Below the pieces are notes generated by a model, which saw only the letters and a list, made by a program, of their open reading frames with translations, ran no database searches and was not told the DNA's origin. 33,027 nucleotides of DNA from Candidatus Berkelbacteria bacterium (GTDB lineage: Bacteria > Patescibacteriota > UBA1384 > JAPLVJ01), in NCBI GenBank assembly GCA_026397155.1, contig JAPLVJ010000041.1, positions 1-33,027 of the forward strand, given 5' to 3'. Positions 9,895 through 17,661 of the stretch are shown piece by piece. The first letter of the stretch is position 1, and every line of letters begins with the position of its first letter. A program made the translations under genes and the position numbers.

Positions 9895-10081
9895 TCTTGT
9901 CCCTCTTTTTTATTTTAGCACTTTTTTGAGGAAAATACAGAAATTAGGTTTGTTGTTAAACGAAACGAACGGTATTTGCATGACTGGCTTACTTCCTCTA
10001 AAATAAGGCTACTCCACGTCATCCAGGTAACAGTGGAGGCAACATGGTTGATAAGGAAACCGGATCGAAGGAGGTGCTTAT

Positions 10082-10711
10082 ATGATACAGATTGCAGTTA
10101 TGGTCTCGGGGCATGGCCGAGGGAGCAATCTTCAGGCGATCATTGATGCCTGCAAAGAGAATCGGATTAACGGTGGGGTCATCGTGGTCATCGGCGTGAA
10201 GGATGACGCGCCTGCGATGGAACGCGCCCGTAGCCAGGGCATTTCGGCGATCGAAGTGCGCCCCAAGGCATTCGACTCCGACGAGGCGTACGGCCAAGCT
10301 GTGCTCGATGTCCTTGCCGAGCACAAGGCCGATCTCGTGTGCCTCGCCGGGTACATGCGCATCCTCCCTTCCAACATCGTGAGTGCGTACCGGTGGCGCA
10401 TCATGAACATCCATCCGGCGCTGATACCGCTCTTCTGCGGGAAGGGGATGTTCGGCGAACACGTCCATCAGGCGGCGCTCGATTACGGGGTGAAGGTCTC
10501 GGGCTGCACGGTCCATTTCGTGGACGAGGAATACGACACCGGCCCCATCATCATCCAGAAAACCGTGCCTGTCGAGGAGGGCGACACAGCCGAGACCCTG
10601 GCCGCCCGCGTGCTCATTCAAGAGCACAAGGCGTACCCCGAGGCGATCCAGCTCTTCTCCCAGGGCCGCTTATCGGTCGAGGGTCGCGTGGTTCACATTC
10701 ACCCAAAGTAG
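10082..10711 (+). CDS. purN: phosphoribosylglycinamide formyltransferase (GAR transformylase)
   Basis: 209 aa with canonical PurN motifs: VMVSGHGRGSNLQAIID, NIHPALIP and GCTVHFVDEEYDTGPIIIQ. A GGAGG SD lies 7 nt upstream of the ATG. The G+C content is far above the rest of the window. Antisense and alternate-frame ORFs over it are GC-driven artefacts. Confidence 0.9.
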   Translation: MIQIAVMVSGHGRGSNLQAIIDACKENRINGGVIVVIGVKDDAPAMERARSQGISAIEVRPKAFDSDEAYGQAVLDVLAEHKADLVCLAGYMRILPSNIVSAYRWRIMNIHPALIPLFCGKGMFGEHVHQAALDYGVKVSGCTVHFVDEEYDTGPIIIQKTVPVEEGDTAETLAARVLIQEHKAYPEAIQLFSQGRLSVEGRVVHIHPK

Positions 10712-10720
10712 CAGCCATAA

Positions 10721-10761
10721 GGCTCAGGAACTAATAGGTCTTTATCCTGGGCCACTTTTTT
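10721..10761 (+). terminator. putative intrinsic terminator of purN
   Basis: The stem GGCTCAGGA (10721-10729) pairs with TCCTGGGCC (10745-10753), with one G.U pair. The loop is 15 nt, and TTTTTT follows at 10756-10761. Confidence 0.5.
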
Positions 10762-10808
10762 ATCTACAAAATGAAATTGAAATTATAGCTCAACAATCAA
10801 CAATGAAC

Positions 10809-10833
10809 CACTAACACCTACGAGGTGTTAGTG
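10809..10833 (-). terminator. putative terminator hairpin downstream of rnj
   Basis: A perfect 10-bp stem: CACTAACACC, loop tacga, GGTGTTAGTG. It lies 20 nt past the rnj stop. On the minus strand it is followed by a U-rich but interrupted tract (guucauuguugauuguug). Confidence 0.45.
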
Positions 10834-10852
10834 AGGTTAGTTCAGTTGGTCT

Positions 10853-12523
10853 TCATAACTCGATTATTACAGGTATCACCATAGGGCGACGTTCGGTATT
10901 TTTGTAAAGAAATTCGCCCATCTCGTCTCTCATTGATCTTTTGATGTAGTCCAGATCAAGTGGGTAGCGATTATTATGGCGTGAGAACATTCTTTTAATT
11001 TCGGCACGCGCTCTTTGAATTAAATCCTCTGATTCTCGCATATATACAAATCCACGCGAGATAATATCTGGGGATGTAATAATGCGGCCAGTTTTTTTAT
11101 CAATAGTTAAAATTACAACAAAAATTCCGTCTTTGGCCATCACCTGTCGGTCACGCAAGACAATCTGGCCAATATCCCCGACTCCAAGGCCATCAACCAA
11201 AACATAAGAAGCATTGACTCTGTCGCTGGATATTCTACCCTTACCCCTTTCAAATTCAATTGTCTGACCATTTTCAATAACCAGGATCCTCTCTCTTGGA
11301 ATACCCATTTCTTGGCCAATTTGGGCAAGGTGGATTAACATATGATACTCACCATGAATTGGGATAAGGTACTTTGGTTTGATCAATTTAATCATTTCTT
11401 TCAAATCCTCAACTTTAGCATGGCCTGATTCATGAATTCCGAGCTCTTTACGATAAATACAATCCGCTCCAAGACGATAAAGATTATCAATTGTGTTATA
11501 ACTTGCCCTTTCATTACCAGGAATAACCGAAGCGGAAATTAGTACTGTATCGCCTTCTTTGATTTTAACTTGCTTGTGTTCTCCGCTAGCCATACGCACC
11601 AAGGCAGACATTTCTTCTCCTTGGCTCCCAGTACAAAGAATAACTACCTCATTATCAGGTAAATGATTAATCTTGCGAATATCCTGCAAAACACCTTGAG
11701 GAATTTTTAAATAGCCGAGCCTACTGGCCATCTCAATATTTTTTTCCATAGAAAAACCAGCAACGGCTACTTTTCTTCTATACTTTACAGCGGCGTTAAA
11801 AACAAGCTGAACTCGAGAAATCAAAGATGCAAAGGAGGTAATCACAAGACGCCCCTTTGTTGCTCTAAAAATACCTTCTATTGCCTTGCCCACCTCTTGC
11901 TCTGAAATAGCATAACCTGGTACTTCTGCATTGGTTGAATCAGAAAGAAGTCCCAAAACTCCCCTTCTGCTATAACCGGCTAATTTGCTTAAATCAGTCG
12001 GGTCCTCAAAAACAGGCGTTTTATCAAATTTAAAATCTCCAGTATGAACAAATAAACCAACCGGCGTCTCAATTGCCAGTCCAACACTGTCAGGTATTGA
12101 GTGAGTAACCCTAAAAAATTCGATTTTAAAAACACCTAGATGCAAAATATCACCTGCTTTTATCAATCTGATTTTTGGATTTGCAATTGAAAACTCTTTC
12201 ATTTTGACATCTACTAAACCAGCCGTAAGCTTGGTCGCAAAAATAGGTACACCCAGTTTTGGCCAAATATAAGGCAGACCACCCGTGTGATCTTCGTGTC
12301 CATGGGTGATAATAATTCCCCTAATCCTATGCTTGTTTGCTAATAAATAATCAATATTAGGAATAACAAAATCTATTCCCAAAAATTCTTGGCCAGGAAA
12401 CATAATTCCGCAGTCAACTAAAATAATGTCCTGACCGTACTCGTAGATCATCATGTTTTTACCAACTTCCCCCAAGCCACCAAGAGGAATGATTTTTAGT
12501 TTTGGATAGAATTTTTTAACCAT
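10853..12523 (-). CDS. rnj: ribonuclease J
   Basis: 556 aa. The metallo-beta-lactamase motif HGHEDHTGG is present. The beta-CASP region and the typical RNase J C-terminal domain are present. The N-terminus (KIIPLGGLGEVGKNM) is characteristic. Confidence 0.92.
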   Translation of the reverse strand: MVKKFYPKLKIIPLGGLGEVGKNMMIYEYGQDIILVDCGIMFPGQEFLGIDFVIPNIDYLLANKHRIRGIIITHGHEDHTGGLPYIWPKLGVPIFATKLTAGLVDVKMKEFSIANPKIRLIKAGDILHLGVFKIEFFRVTHSIPDSVGLAIETPVGLFVHTGDFKFDKTPVFEDPTDLSKLAGYSRRGVLGLLSDSTNAEVPGYAISEQEVGKAIEGIFRATKGRLVITSFASLISRVQLVFNAAVKYRRKVAVAGFSMEKNIEMASRLGYLKIPQGVLQDIRKINHLPDNEVVILCTGSQGEEMSALVRMASGEHKQVKIKEGDTVLISASVIPGNERASYNTIDNLYRLGADCIYRKELGIHESGHAKVEDLKEMIKLIKPKYLIPIHGEYHMLIHLAQIGQEMGIPRERILVIENGQTIEFERGKGRISSDRVNASYVLVDGLGVGDIGQIVLRDRQVMAKDGIFVVILTIDKKTGRIITSPDIISRGFVYMRESEDLIQRARAEIKRMFSRHNNRYPLDLDYIKRSMRDEMGEFLYKNTERRPMVIPVIIEL

Positions 12524-12536
12524 TTTAAGAGATCAT

Positions 12537-14618
12537 TTACTTTTGATTTTCTTGATCGCTTTTTGCTCTTTTTAGAGAAAGATTAACTCGACCCTGATCA
12601 TCAATACTAATCACTTTTACTGGGACAATTTCCCCAACTTTAACAATATCTCCAACTGCTTTTACACGATAAGGTGCTAGCTCTGAAATATGAACCATAC
12701 CCTCTTGACCAGGCCAAATCTCAACAAAAGCGCCAAAATCCAGAATTCGAGTTACGCGCCCCTGATAAATCTCTCCAGCACGAGCTTCTTTACTAATATT
12801 TTTAACCAAATCAATTGCTTTTTTAAGATCGCCATCTTCGTTGGAAGAAATCGAAACCGTGCCATCTTGCTCAATATCTATCTCTACATTGGTCTCGGCA
12901 ATAATTTTATTGATATTTTTACCTCCGGGTCCGATCACTTCACGGATTTTATCCGGATTAATTTTGAAAATCTCGATTTGAGGCGCATAAGGTGAAAGTT
13001 CGGCTTTGTGTTTTGGAATAGCTTTATTCATTTTTTCCAAAATTATTTGACGCGCTTTCAAAGCTTTTTCAAGTGTATCCTTAATTGTCGCAAGATCTAT
13101 TCCTTGGATCTTTGTGTCAAATTGAATAGCAGTAATTCCGTCTAAAGTTCCGGCCACCTTAAAATCCATATCACCAGAAAAATCTTCTAATCCTTGAATG
13201 TCAGTTAATAATTTGCACTTTCCGTTTTTGTCAGAAACCATGCCAATCGAGATACCAGCAACATGTTTTTCGATTGGTACTCCGGCTTCCATTAAAGCAA
13301 GTGAAGAAGCGCAAATCGAGGCCATTGAAGAAGAGCCGTTAGAAGACAAAACCTCTGAAACAACCCTAATTGTATATGGAAAATCTTCTTTCTTTGGGAT
13401 TAGAGGACTAATTGCTTTTTCTACTAAGGCACCGTGGCCAATCTCGCGACGGGAAGCACCTCTAACTGGCTTAATTTCACCAGTTGAAAAAGGCGGAAAA
13501 TTGTAATGATGCATAAATCTTTTTTTGGTTTCCAATTCCATTGTTTCAATAGATTGTTCGTCTCCTGGTGCCCCTAAGGTAACGATAGACAAAACCTGCG
13601 TCTGACCGCGTGTGAATAATGCCGAACCATGCGTGCGCGGCAAAAGACCCAAGTCAGTCGAAATTTCTCTGATTTCATCTAGCTTTCGACCGTCTGGACG
13701 CTTGTCGTAGTTCAATATTGCCTCTCGGACTTCTTTTTCTAATAATTTGGAAAATGCTTCTTTAATATCATTCTGTTTATAATCACCCTCTAGATTTTCT
13801 AAAACCTCTTGTTCAAAAGCGCTTAGAGCCTCTTCTCTTTTTTGTTTATCTATCTCCATAACTGCTTTTTTTAATTTTTTGCCAACCATTTTCTTTATAT
13901 CTTCATGGATTTTTTTATCTTCTTCCTCTTGCTCTTTTTTAATTTCAGCGGCAAATTTTTCTTGGACTCCTAAAGCTGGCTTAAGAGCTTTTTGAGCAAA
14001 TTCAATTCCTTCCAGGATAGTTTTGTTTGGCAACTGATCTGCTCTGGCCTCAAGCATCATGATTTTTTCTTTGGTCGCGGCAACAACTAGGTTTAATTTA
14101 CTTTGACCTACAACCTCTTTGCTTGGATTTAAAATAAACTTTCCATCAACAAGACCAATTCGCGCCGCTGCCACTGGCCCAGAAAAGGGTGCACCAGCTT
14201 GAAGCAAAGCGGTTGAGGCAGCAATAATGGCTAAAATATCTGGATCATGCTGGTCATCATAAGACAAAACAGTAACAATAATTTGAACATCATTGCGATA
14301 GCCTTTGGGGAATAAAGGTCTAAGCGGACGATCAATCAAGCGCGAAGCTAAAATAGCTGCATCTGACGGACGACCTTCTCTTTTAATCCAACGAGAACCA
14401 GAAATTTTACCTGCAGCATATAATCTTTCTTCATAGTCTATAAGCAATGGAAAAAATTCGGCGCTTTCTTTTGACTCTTTGGAAATAACCACTGTAGCCA
14501 AAACAACAGTTTCACCCAAAGACGCACAAATAGCGCCAGGGGCCTGTCCTGCCAGCTGGCCGGTTTTAATAGTTAAGTTTTTGTCACCAAATTTAATTGT
14601 TTCTTCTAAAATATCCAT
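12537..14618 (-). CDS. pnp: polyribonucleotide nucleotidyltransferase (PNPase)
   Basis: 693 aa. There are two RNase PH-like domains, a KH domain (GPGGKNINKIIAETNVEIDIEQDG) and an S1 domain (GEIYQGRVTRILDFGAFVEI). It lies downstream of rpsO, as in most bacteria. Confidence 0.95.
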   Translation of the reverse strand: MDILEETIKFGDKNLTIKTGQLAGQAPGAICASLGETVVLATVVISKESKESAEFFPLLIDYEERLYAAGKISGSRWIKREGRPSDAAILASRLIDRPLRPLFPKGYRNDVQIIVTVLSYDDQHDPDILAIIAASTALLQAGAPFSGPVAAARIGLVDGKFILNPSKEVVGQSKLNLVVAATKEKIMMLEARADQLPNKTILEGIEFAQKALKPALGVQEKFAAEIKKEQEEEDKKIHEDIKKMVGKKLKKAVMEIDKQKREEALSAFEQEVLENLEGDYKQNDIKEAFSKLLEKEVREAILNYDKRPDGRKLDEIREISTDLGLLPRTHGSALFTRGQTQVLSIVTLGAPGDEQSIETMELETKKRFMHHYNFPPFSTGEIKPVRGASRREIGHGALVEKAISPLIPKKEDFPYTIRVVSEVLSSNGSSSMASICASSLALMEAGVPIEKHVAGISIGMVSDKNGKCKLLTDIQGLEDFSGDMDFKVAGTLDGITAIQFDTKIQGIDLATIKDTLEKALKARQIILEKMNKAIPKHKAELSPYAPQIEIFKINPDKIREVIGPGGKNINKIIAETNVEIDIEQDGTVSISSNEDGDLKKAIDLVKNISKEARAGEIYQGRVTRILDFGAFVEIWPGQEGMVHISELAPYRVKAVGDIVKVGEIVPVKVISIDDQGRVNLSLKRAKSDQENQK

Positions 14619-14630
14619 TTTACTCCCTTT

Positions 14631-14729
14631 GGAGCTTGAGAATAGAGGTAGAATTTCAGAATTGAATAAATTAAGAACAAATTATGCCCTTAATATACTT
14701 AGTTCTAAAATTCTGGCTAAACAAGCTCC
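14631..14729 (-). promoter_or_regulatory. long imperfect hairpin in the rpsO-pnp spacer (candidate pnp leader or processing structure)
   Basis: Nested inverted repeats: GGAGCTTG (14631-14638) with CAAGCTCC (14722-14729); AGAATTTCAGAA (14650-14661) with TTCTAAAATTCT (14703-14714), 11 of 12 paired; and ATTAAG (14670-14675) with CTTAAT (14689-14694). The base of the stem abuts the pnp SD (AAGGGAG). Confidence 0.4.
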
Positions 14730-14737
14730 TCGTTAAC

Positions 14738-14995
14738 TTACTTTCTTAAGCCAAGATCAAGGATCAATTTTTCATATACAGCTTTATCGCTTTTTTGCAA
14801 ATAATTCAAAAACCTACGTCTTTTTGAAACCATTTTAAGCAGACCCATCTTAGAATCTTGATCTTTCTTGTGTTTCTTTAAATGCTTGACTAAATTACTG
14901 ATCTCTTGGGTCAGCAAAATAATTTGAACTGGAACTGACCCAGAATCATCCTTGTGGGTCTGATATTTTTTGAGTAAATCTTTAATTACAGCCAC
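14738..14995 (-). CDS. rpsO: 30S ribosomal protein S15
   Basis: 85 aa with HLKKHKKDQDSKMGLLKMVSKRRRFLNYL. GTG start preceded by GGAGAGAAA. Confidence 0.93.
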   Translation of the reverse strand: MAVIKDLLKKYQTHKDDSGSVPVQIILLTQEISNLVKHLKKHKKDQDSKMGLLKMVSKRRRFLNYLQKSDKAVYEKLILDLGLRK

Positions 14996-15049
14996 TTTCT
15001 CTCCACAACATCTTGATTGATTAGTTAAATAATAACATATTGGACAAAA

Positions 15050-16207
15050 TTAAGCAAGTCCTAAACGTTTATTTTGATATTCTTTAATTTTACTTAAAAC
15101 TTTTTCTCTAACGTTTTCTAAACTGCCGCCAACAACCAAAAAGGCAGCCGCGGCTTGATGTCCACCGCCACCCAAACTTTGAGCAATTTGGGTACAATCA
15201 ACTGAATTATCAATCGCTCTTAAACTGCCGGCAATCCCCTTCTCCCTTTCAGATAAGAGCAAAACCAAATCAGCCTTAGGAGCTGATCTTAACAACTCAT
15301 CAATTACCCCACTAATTTCTTCCTCTTTGGCGCCTGCTTCTTTGAGATCTTGCTTGGTCACTTCTGAATACACAAAACGATATCTTGGTTCTTCCTTTAT
15401 CTTATCTAAAATGCGACCCCAAAGTCTTAAAGTTGATATTGTTTTAGTTTTAAATAAATTTTTAATAATCTCCTGCTGTCTAGCTCCAGAAGCTAAAAGT
15501 TGCGCCGCACAGGTTAGAGATTTTGGGGTGGTGTTTGTGTTTTGAAAAGAAGCTGTATCGCCAGTAATGCCAGCCAAAAAACAAGTAGCAATATGCTCGT
15601 CAAAAATCTTAACATCTTTTTCTAATGCTTCAGTAATAGCAATTAAAATTTCTGATGTTGAAGTCGCAGTCAAATCAACCAAATTAACCCTACCAAAATA
15701 AGTATTGGTTGGATGGTGATCAATATTGATCACTGGGATTTCATAAAAAATATCGGCATTCTGATCATACAAACCGCCCAACCTTTCTAGATCAGGTGTA
15801 TCTAAAACAATAATTAAATCAAATTTAAAAGTGCCAAAAGAAAGAGATAAATCTTCCTTTTTGAAACTGCCGTTTTTGGGCATAACAACAATTTTTAAGG
15901 TATGGTCATCTAATTTATAGCCCAACTTATCTACAGAGGTTCTAGAGCAGTCTAAATTAATGATAAATTCACGGTTACCAACAAGATTTGTTTTAACCAC
16001 TGGTGCAAAAGGTAGAAAGGTAAAAGTTGAAGGAATTGGATCAACGCAAACTGCCTCAACATCTTTTTTGAGTTTTTTTAAAGCTAAATATAATCCCAAA
16101 ACTGAACCAATTGCATCAGCATCTGGATTCTGATGAGTTAAAAGTAGAATCTTTTTGGCTGATTGAATTAATGATGTTGTTTGTTGCTTTGGCGAAAGTT
16201 CCATCAT
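15050..16207 (-). CDS. nrnA: DHH/DHHA1 family phosphoesterase (NrnA-like oligoribonuclease/pAp phosphatase)
   Basis: 385 aa with the motifs HQNPDADAIGS, NIDHHPTN and GGGGHQAAAAF (DHHA1). Confidence 0.8.
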   Translation of the reverse strand: MMELSPKQQTTSLIQSAKKILLLTHQNPDADAIGSVLGLYLALKKLKKDVEAVCVDPIPSTFTFLPFAPVVKTNLVGNREFIINLDCSRTSVDKLGYKLDDHTLKIVVMPKNGSFKKEDLSLSFGTFKFDLIIVLDTPDLERLGGLYDQNADIFYEIPVINIDHHPTNTYFGRVNLVDLTATSTSEILIAITEALEKDVKIFDEHIATCFLAGITGDTASFQNTNTTPKSLTCAAQLLASGARQQEIIKNLFKTKTISTLRLWGRILDKIKEEPRYRFVYSEVTKQDLKEAGAKEEEISGVIDELLRSAPKADLVLLLSEREKGIAGSLRAIDNSVDCTQIAQSLGGGGHQAAAAFLVVGGSLENVREKVLSKIKEYQNKRLGLA

Positions 16208-16237
16208 AAGGGGTAATTATAAAAATATACGTCTCTC

Positions 16238-16266
16238 TTGTCAAGCCACCCACTTAATGATAAAAT
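16238..16266 (+). promoter_or_regulatory. putative sigma70-type promoter for rpsT-lepB
   Basis: TTGTCA (16238-16243), then 17 nt, then TAAAAT (16261-16266). It lies 30 nt upstream of the rpsT GTG. The AAAGGAG SD is at 16283-16289. Confidence 0.5.
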
Positions 16267-16295
16267 GCTGATTGTAAATTGAAAGGAGAAATTAA

Positions 16296-16574
16296 GTGCC
16301 AAGAACCAAGTCAGCTTTAAAAGCTCTTCACGTTTCAGAGAAGAAAAGAAAGCATAATCTTGAGATTAAAAAAAAGTTTAAATCAGCCATTAAATCTTTT
16401 AGAAAACAAAAGAAAGGTGATTTGAAAACTTTAAGTTCTATACTTGATAAAGCTGCTGCAAAAAATGTTATTCATAAAAACAAAGCAGCTAGATTAAAAT
16501 CAAGATTATCTAAAACCGTTGAGATCAAAAAAGTCACAAAGACCAAAGTTAAATCTAAAAATAAAAAGAAATGA
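16296..16574 (+). CDS. rpsT: 30S ribosomal protein S20 (lysine-rich C-terminal tail)
   Basis: 92 aa with a GTG start. The S20-like N-terminus is SALKALHVSEKKRKHN and ...NKAARLKSRLSK. The stop overlaps the lepB start (ATGA). Confidence 0.88.
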   Translation: MPRTKSALKALHVSEKKRKHNLEIKKKFKSAIKSFRKQKKGDLKTLSSILDKAAAKNVIHKNKAARLKSRLSKTVEIKKVTKTKVKSKNKKK

Positions 16575-17110
16575 TAAAATCTTCCTTAATTACCTGGGGC
16601 TATGAATTAGGAAAAGCAGCTTTGATTTTAGCTTTGCTTGGTCTTTTTTTGCACTATTTTATTGCCACTATTTTTGTTGTTGATGGTGCTTCTATGGCAC
16701 CTAATTTTAAAGATAATGAAGTAGTTATGGTTAATAAAATTTCCTACTTTATTAAAAACCCAAAGCGCGGCGATGCCGTGGTTCTAAAATTCCCTGGCCG
16801 CGAACAAGAAAAATATATCAAAAGAATCATTGGCCTGCCAGACGAAACAATCAAAATAGAAAGCGGCAAAGTTTATATTAATGGCCAAAAATTAATAGAA
16901 GAGGATTATTTGTCCTCTCATCTAACCACAGAACCAGATATGGAAAAAACGCTCTCAGAAAATGAATATTTTATCATGGGCGATAACCGATCAAACTCGA
17001 ACGATTCGCGTATTTGGGGTACTTGCCCAAAAGAAAATTTAATTGGTAAAGCTGTTTTTGTTCTTTATCCATTAAAAGAATGGAATTTTGTTCCAAAAGT
17101 ATCTTATTGA
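16571..17110 (+). CDS. lepB: signal peptidase I
   Basis: 179 aa. An N-terminal TM helix is followed by the catalytic Ser box GASMAPNF, the Lys box KRIIGLPDETI, and GDNRSNSNDSR. Confidence 0.92.
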   Translation: MIKSSLITWGYELGKAALILALLGLFLHYFIATIFVVDGASMAPNFKDNEVVMVNKISYFIKNPKRGDAVVLKFPGREQEKYIKRIIGLPDETIKIESGKVYINGQKLIEEDYLSSHLTTEPDMEKTLSENEYFIMGDNRSNSNDSRIWGTCPKENLIGKAVFVLYPLKEWNFVPKVSY

Positions 17111-17607
17111 TTGTTTAAGGGTAATATTTTATCTGCTGTTGCTAGAGTTTTTCTTTTTTCCTTACCCCACCAAGTCGGGCGTTCAACTTCAGAAATCGCT
17201 ACTCGCGCTATAATCAAATTTTTATCGCCTTTTTTTATTTCCACAGGAATTGTAATTGATCCATTTGTTCCTGCTTTTAAATCACCTAAATTAATCAGTG
17301 TTGATGGTGATATTTCTCTGGAAGTATCACCTAAAACACCCACAATTCGGCTTTTTTCCATGTCTCTTTTTAAAGAATAACTAATAGTGTAGGTAACAAT
17401 TTGCCCCACTGCGGCTGACTCTGAATCACTGTTAATAGTAAAAGTAACGCTATCGTTCTCAACAGAATTTGGCTGAACTTTACTTTCCTCGCTAATTTGC
17501 AATGTATCTGCCGAAGTTCTTTGAAGTTCGCCGAACTGCCACAATAATCCCAAAACTAAAAATAAAAAGGTAATCAGTATAATTAATCCGGTTGTCTTAA
17601 AACGCAT
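17104..17607 (-). CDS. hypothetical membrane-anchored beta-sandwich protein
   Basis: 167 aa. An N-terminal TM or signal anchor (GLIILITFLFLVLGLLW) is followed by a DUF11-like stretch (GQIVTYTISYSL). It is convergent with lepB, with a 7-nt overlap. Confidence 0.6.
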   Translation of the reverse strand: MRFKTTGLIILITFLFLVLGLLWQFGELQRTSADTLQISEESKVQPNSVENDSVTFTINSDSESAAVGQIVTYTISYSLKRDMEKSRIVGVLGDTSREISPSTLINLGDLKAGTNGSITIPVEIKKGDKNLIIARVAISEVERPTWWGKEKRKTLATADKILPLNNQ

Positions 17608-17661
17608 ATCACTCCCCTATCCTTATATTAATAAAATTTTTCTGATTGTCAATGTATCTAT

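Noticed and set aside
9895-10081. Possible riboswitch (purine, ZTP or THF) in the purN leader
   Set aside because: Only a small CTCCAC/GTGGAG hairpin (10011-10037) is present. I could not recognise any conserved core of the purine, ZTP or THF classes.
10019-10734. Three long ORFs (202, 92 and 131 aa) overlapping purN in other frames or on the other strand
   Set aside because: They are Arg/Ala/Pro/His-rich, low-complexity translations typical of stop-poor GC-rich DNA. The purN frame alone shows a recognisable family and an SD.
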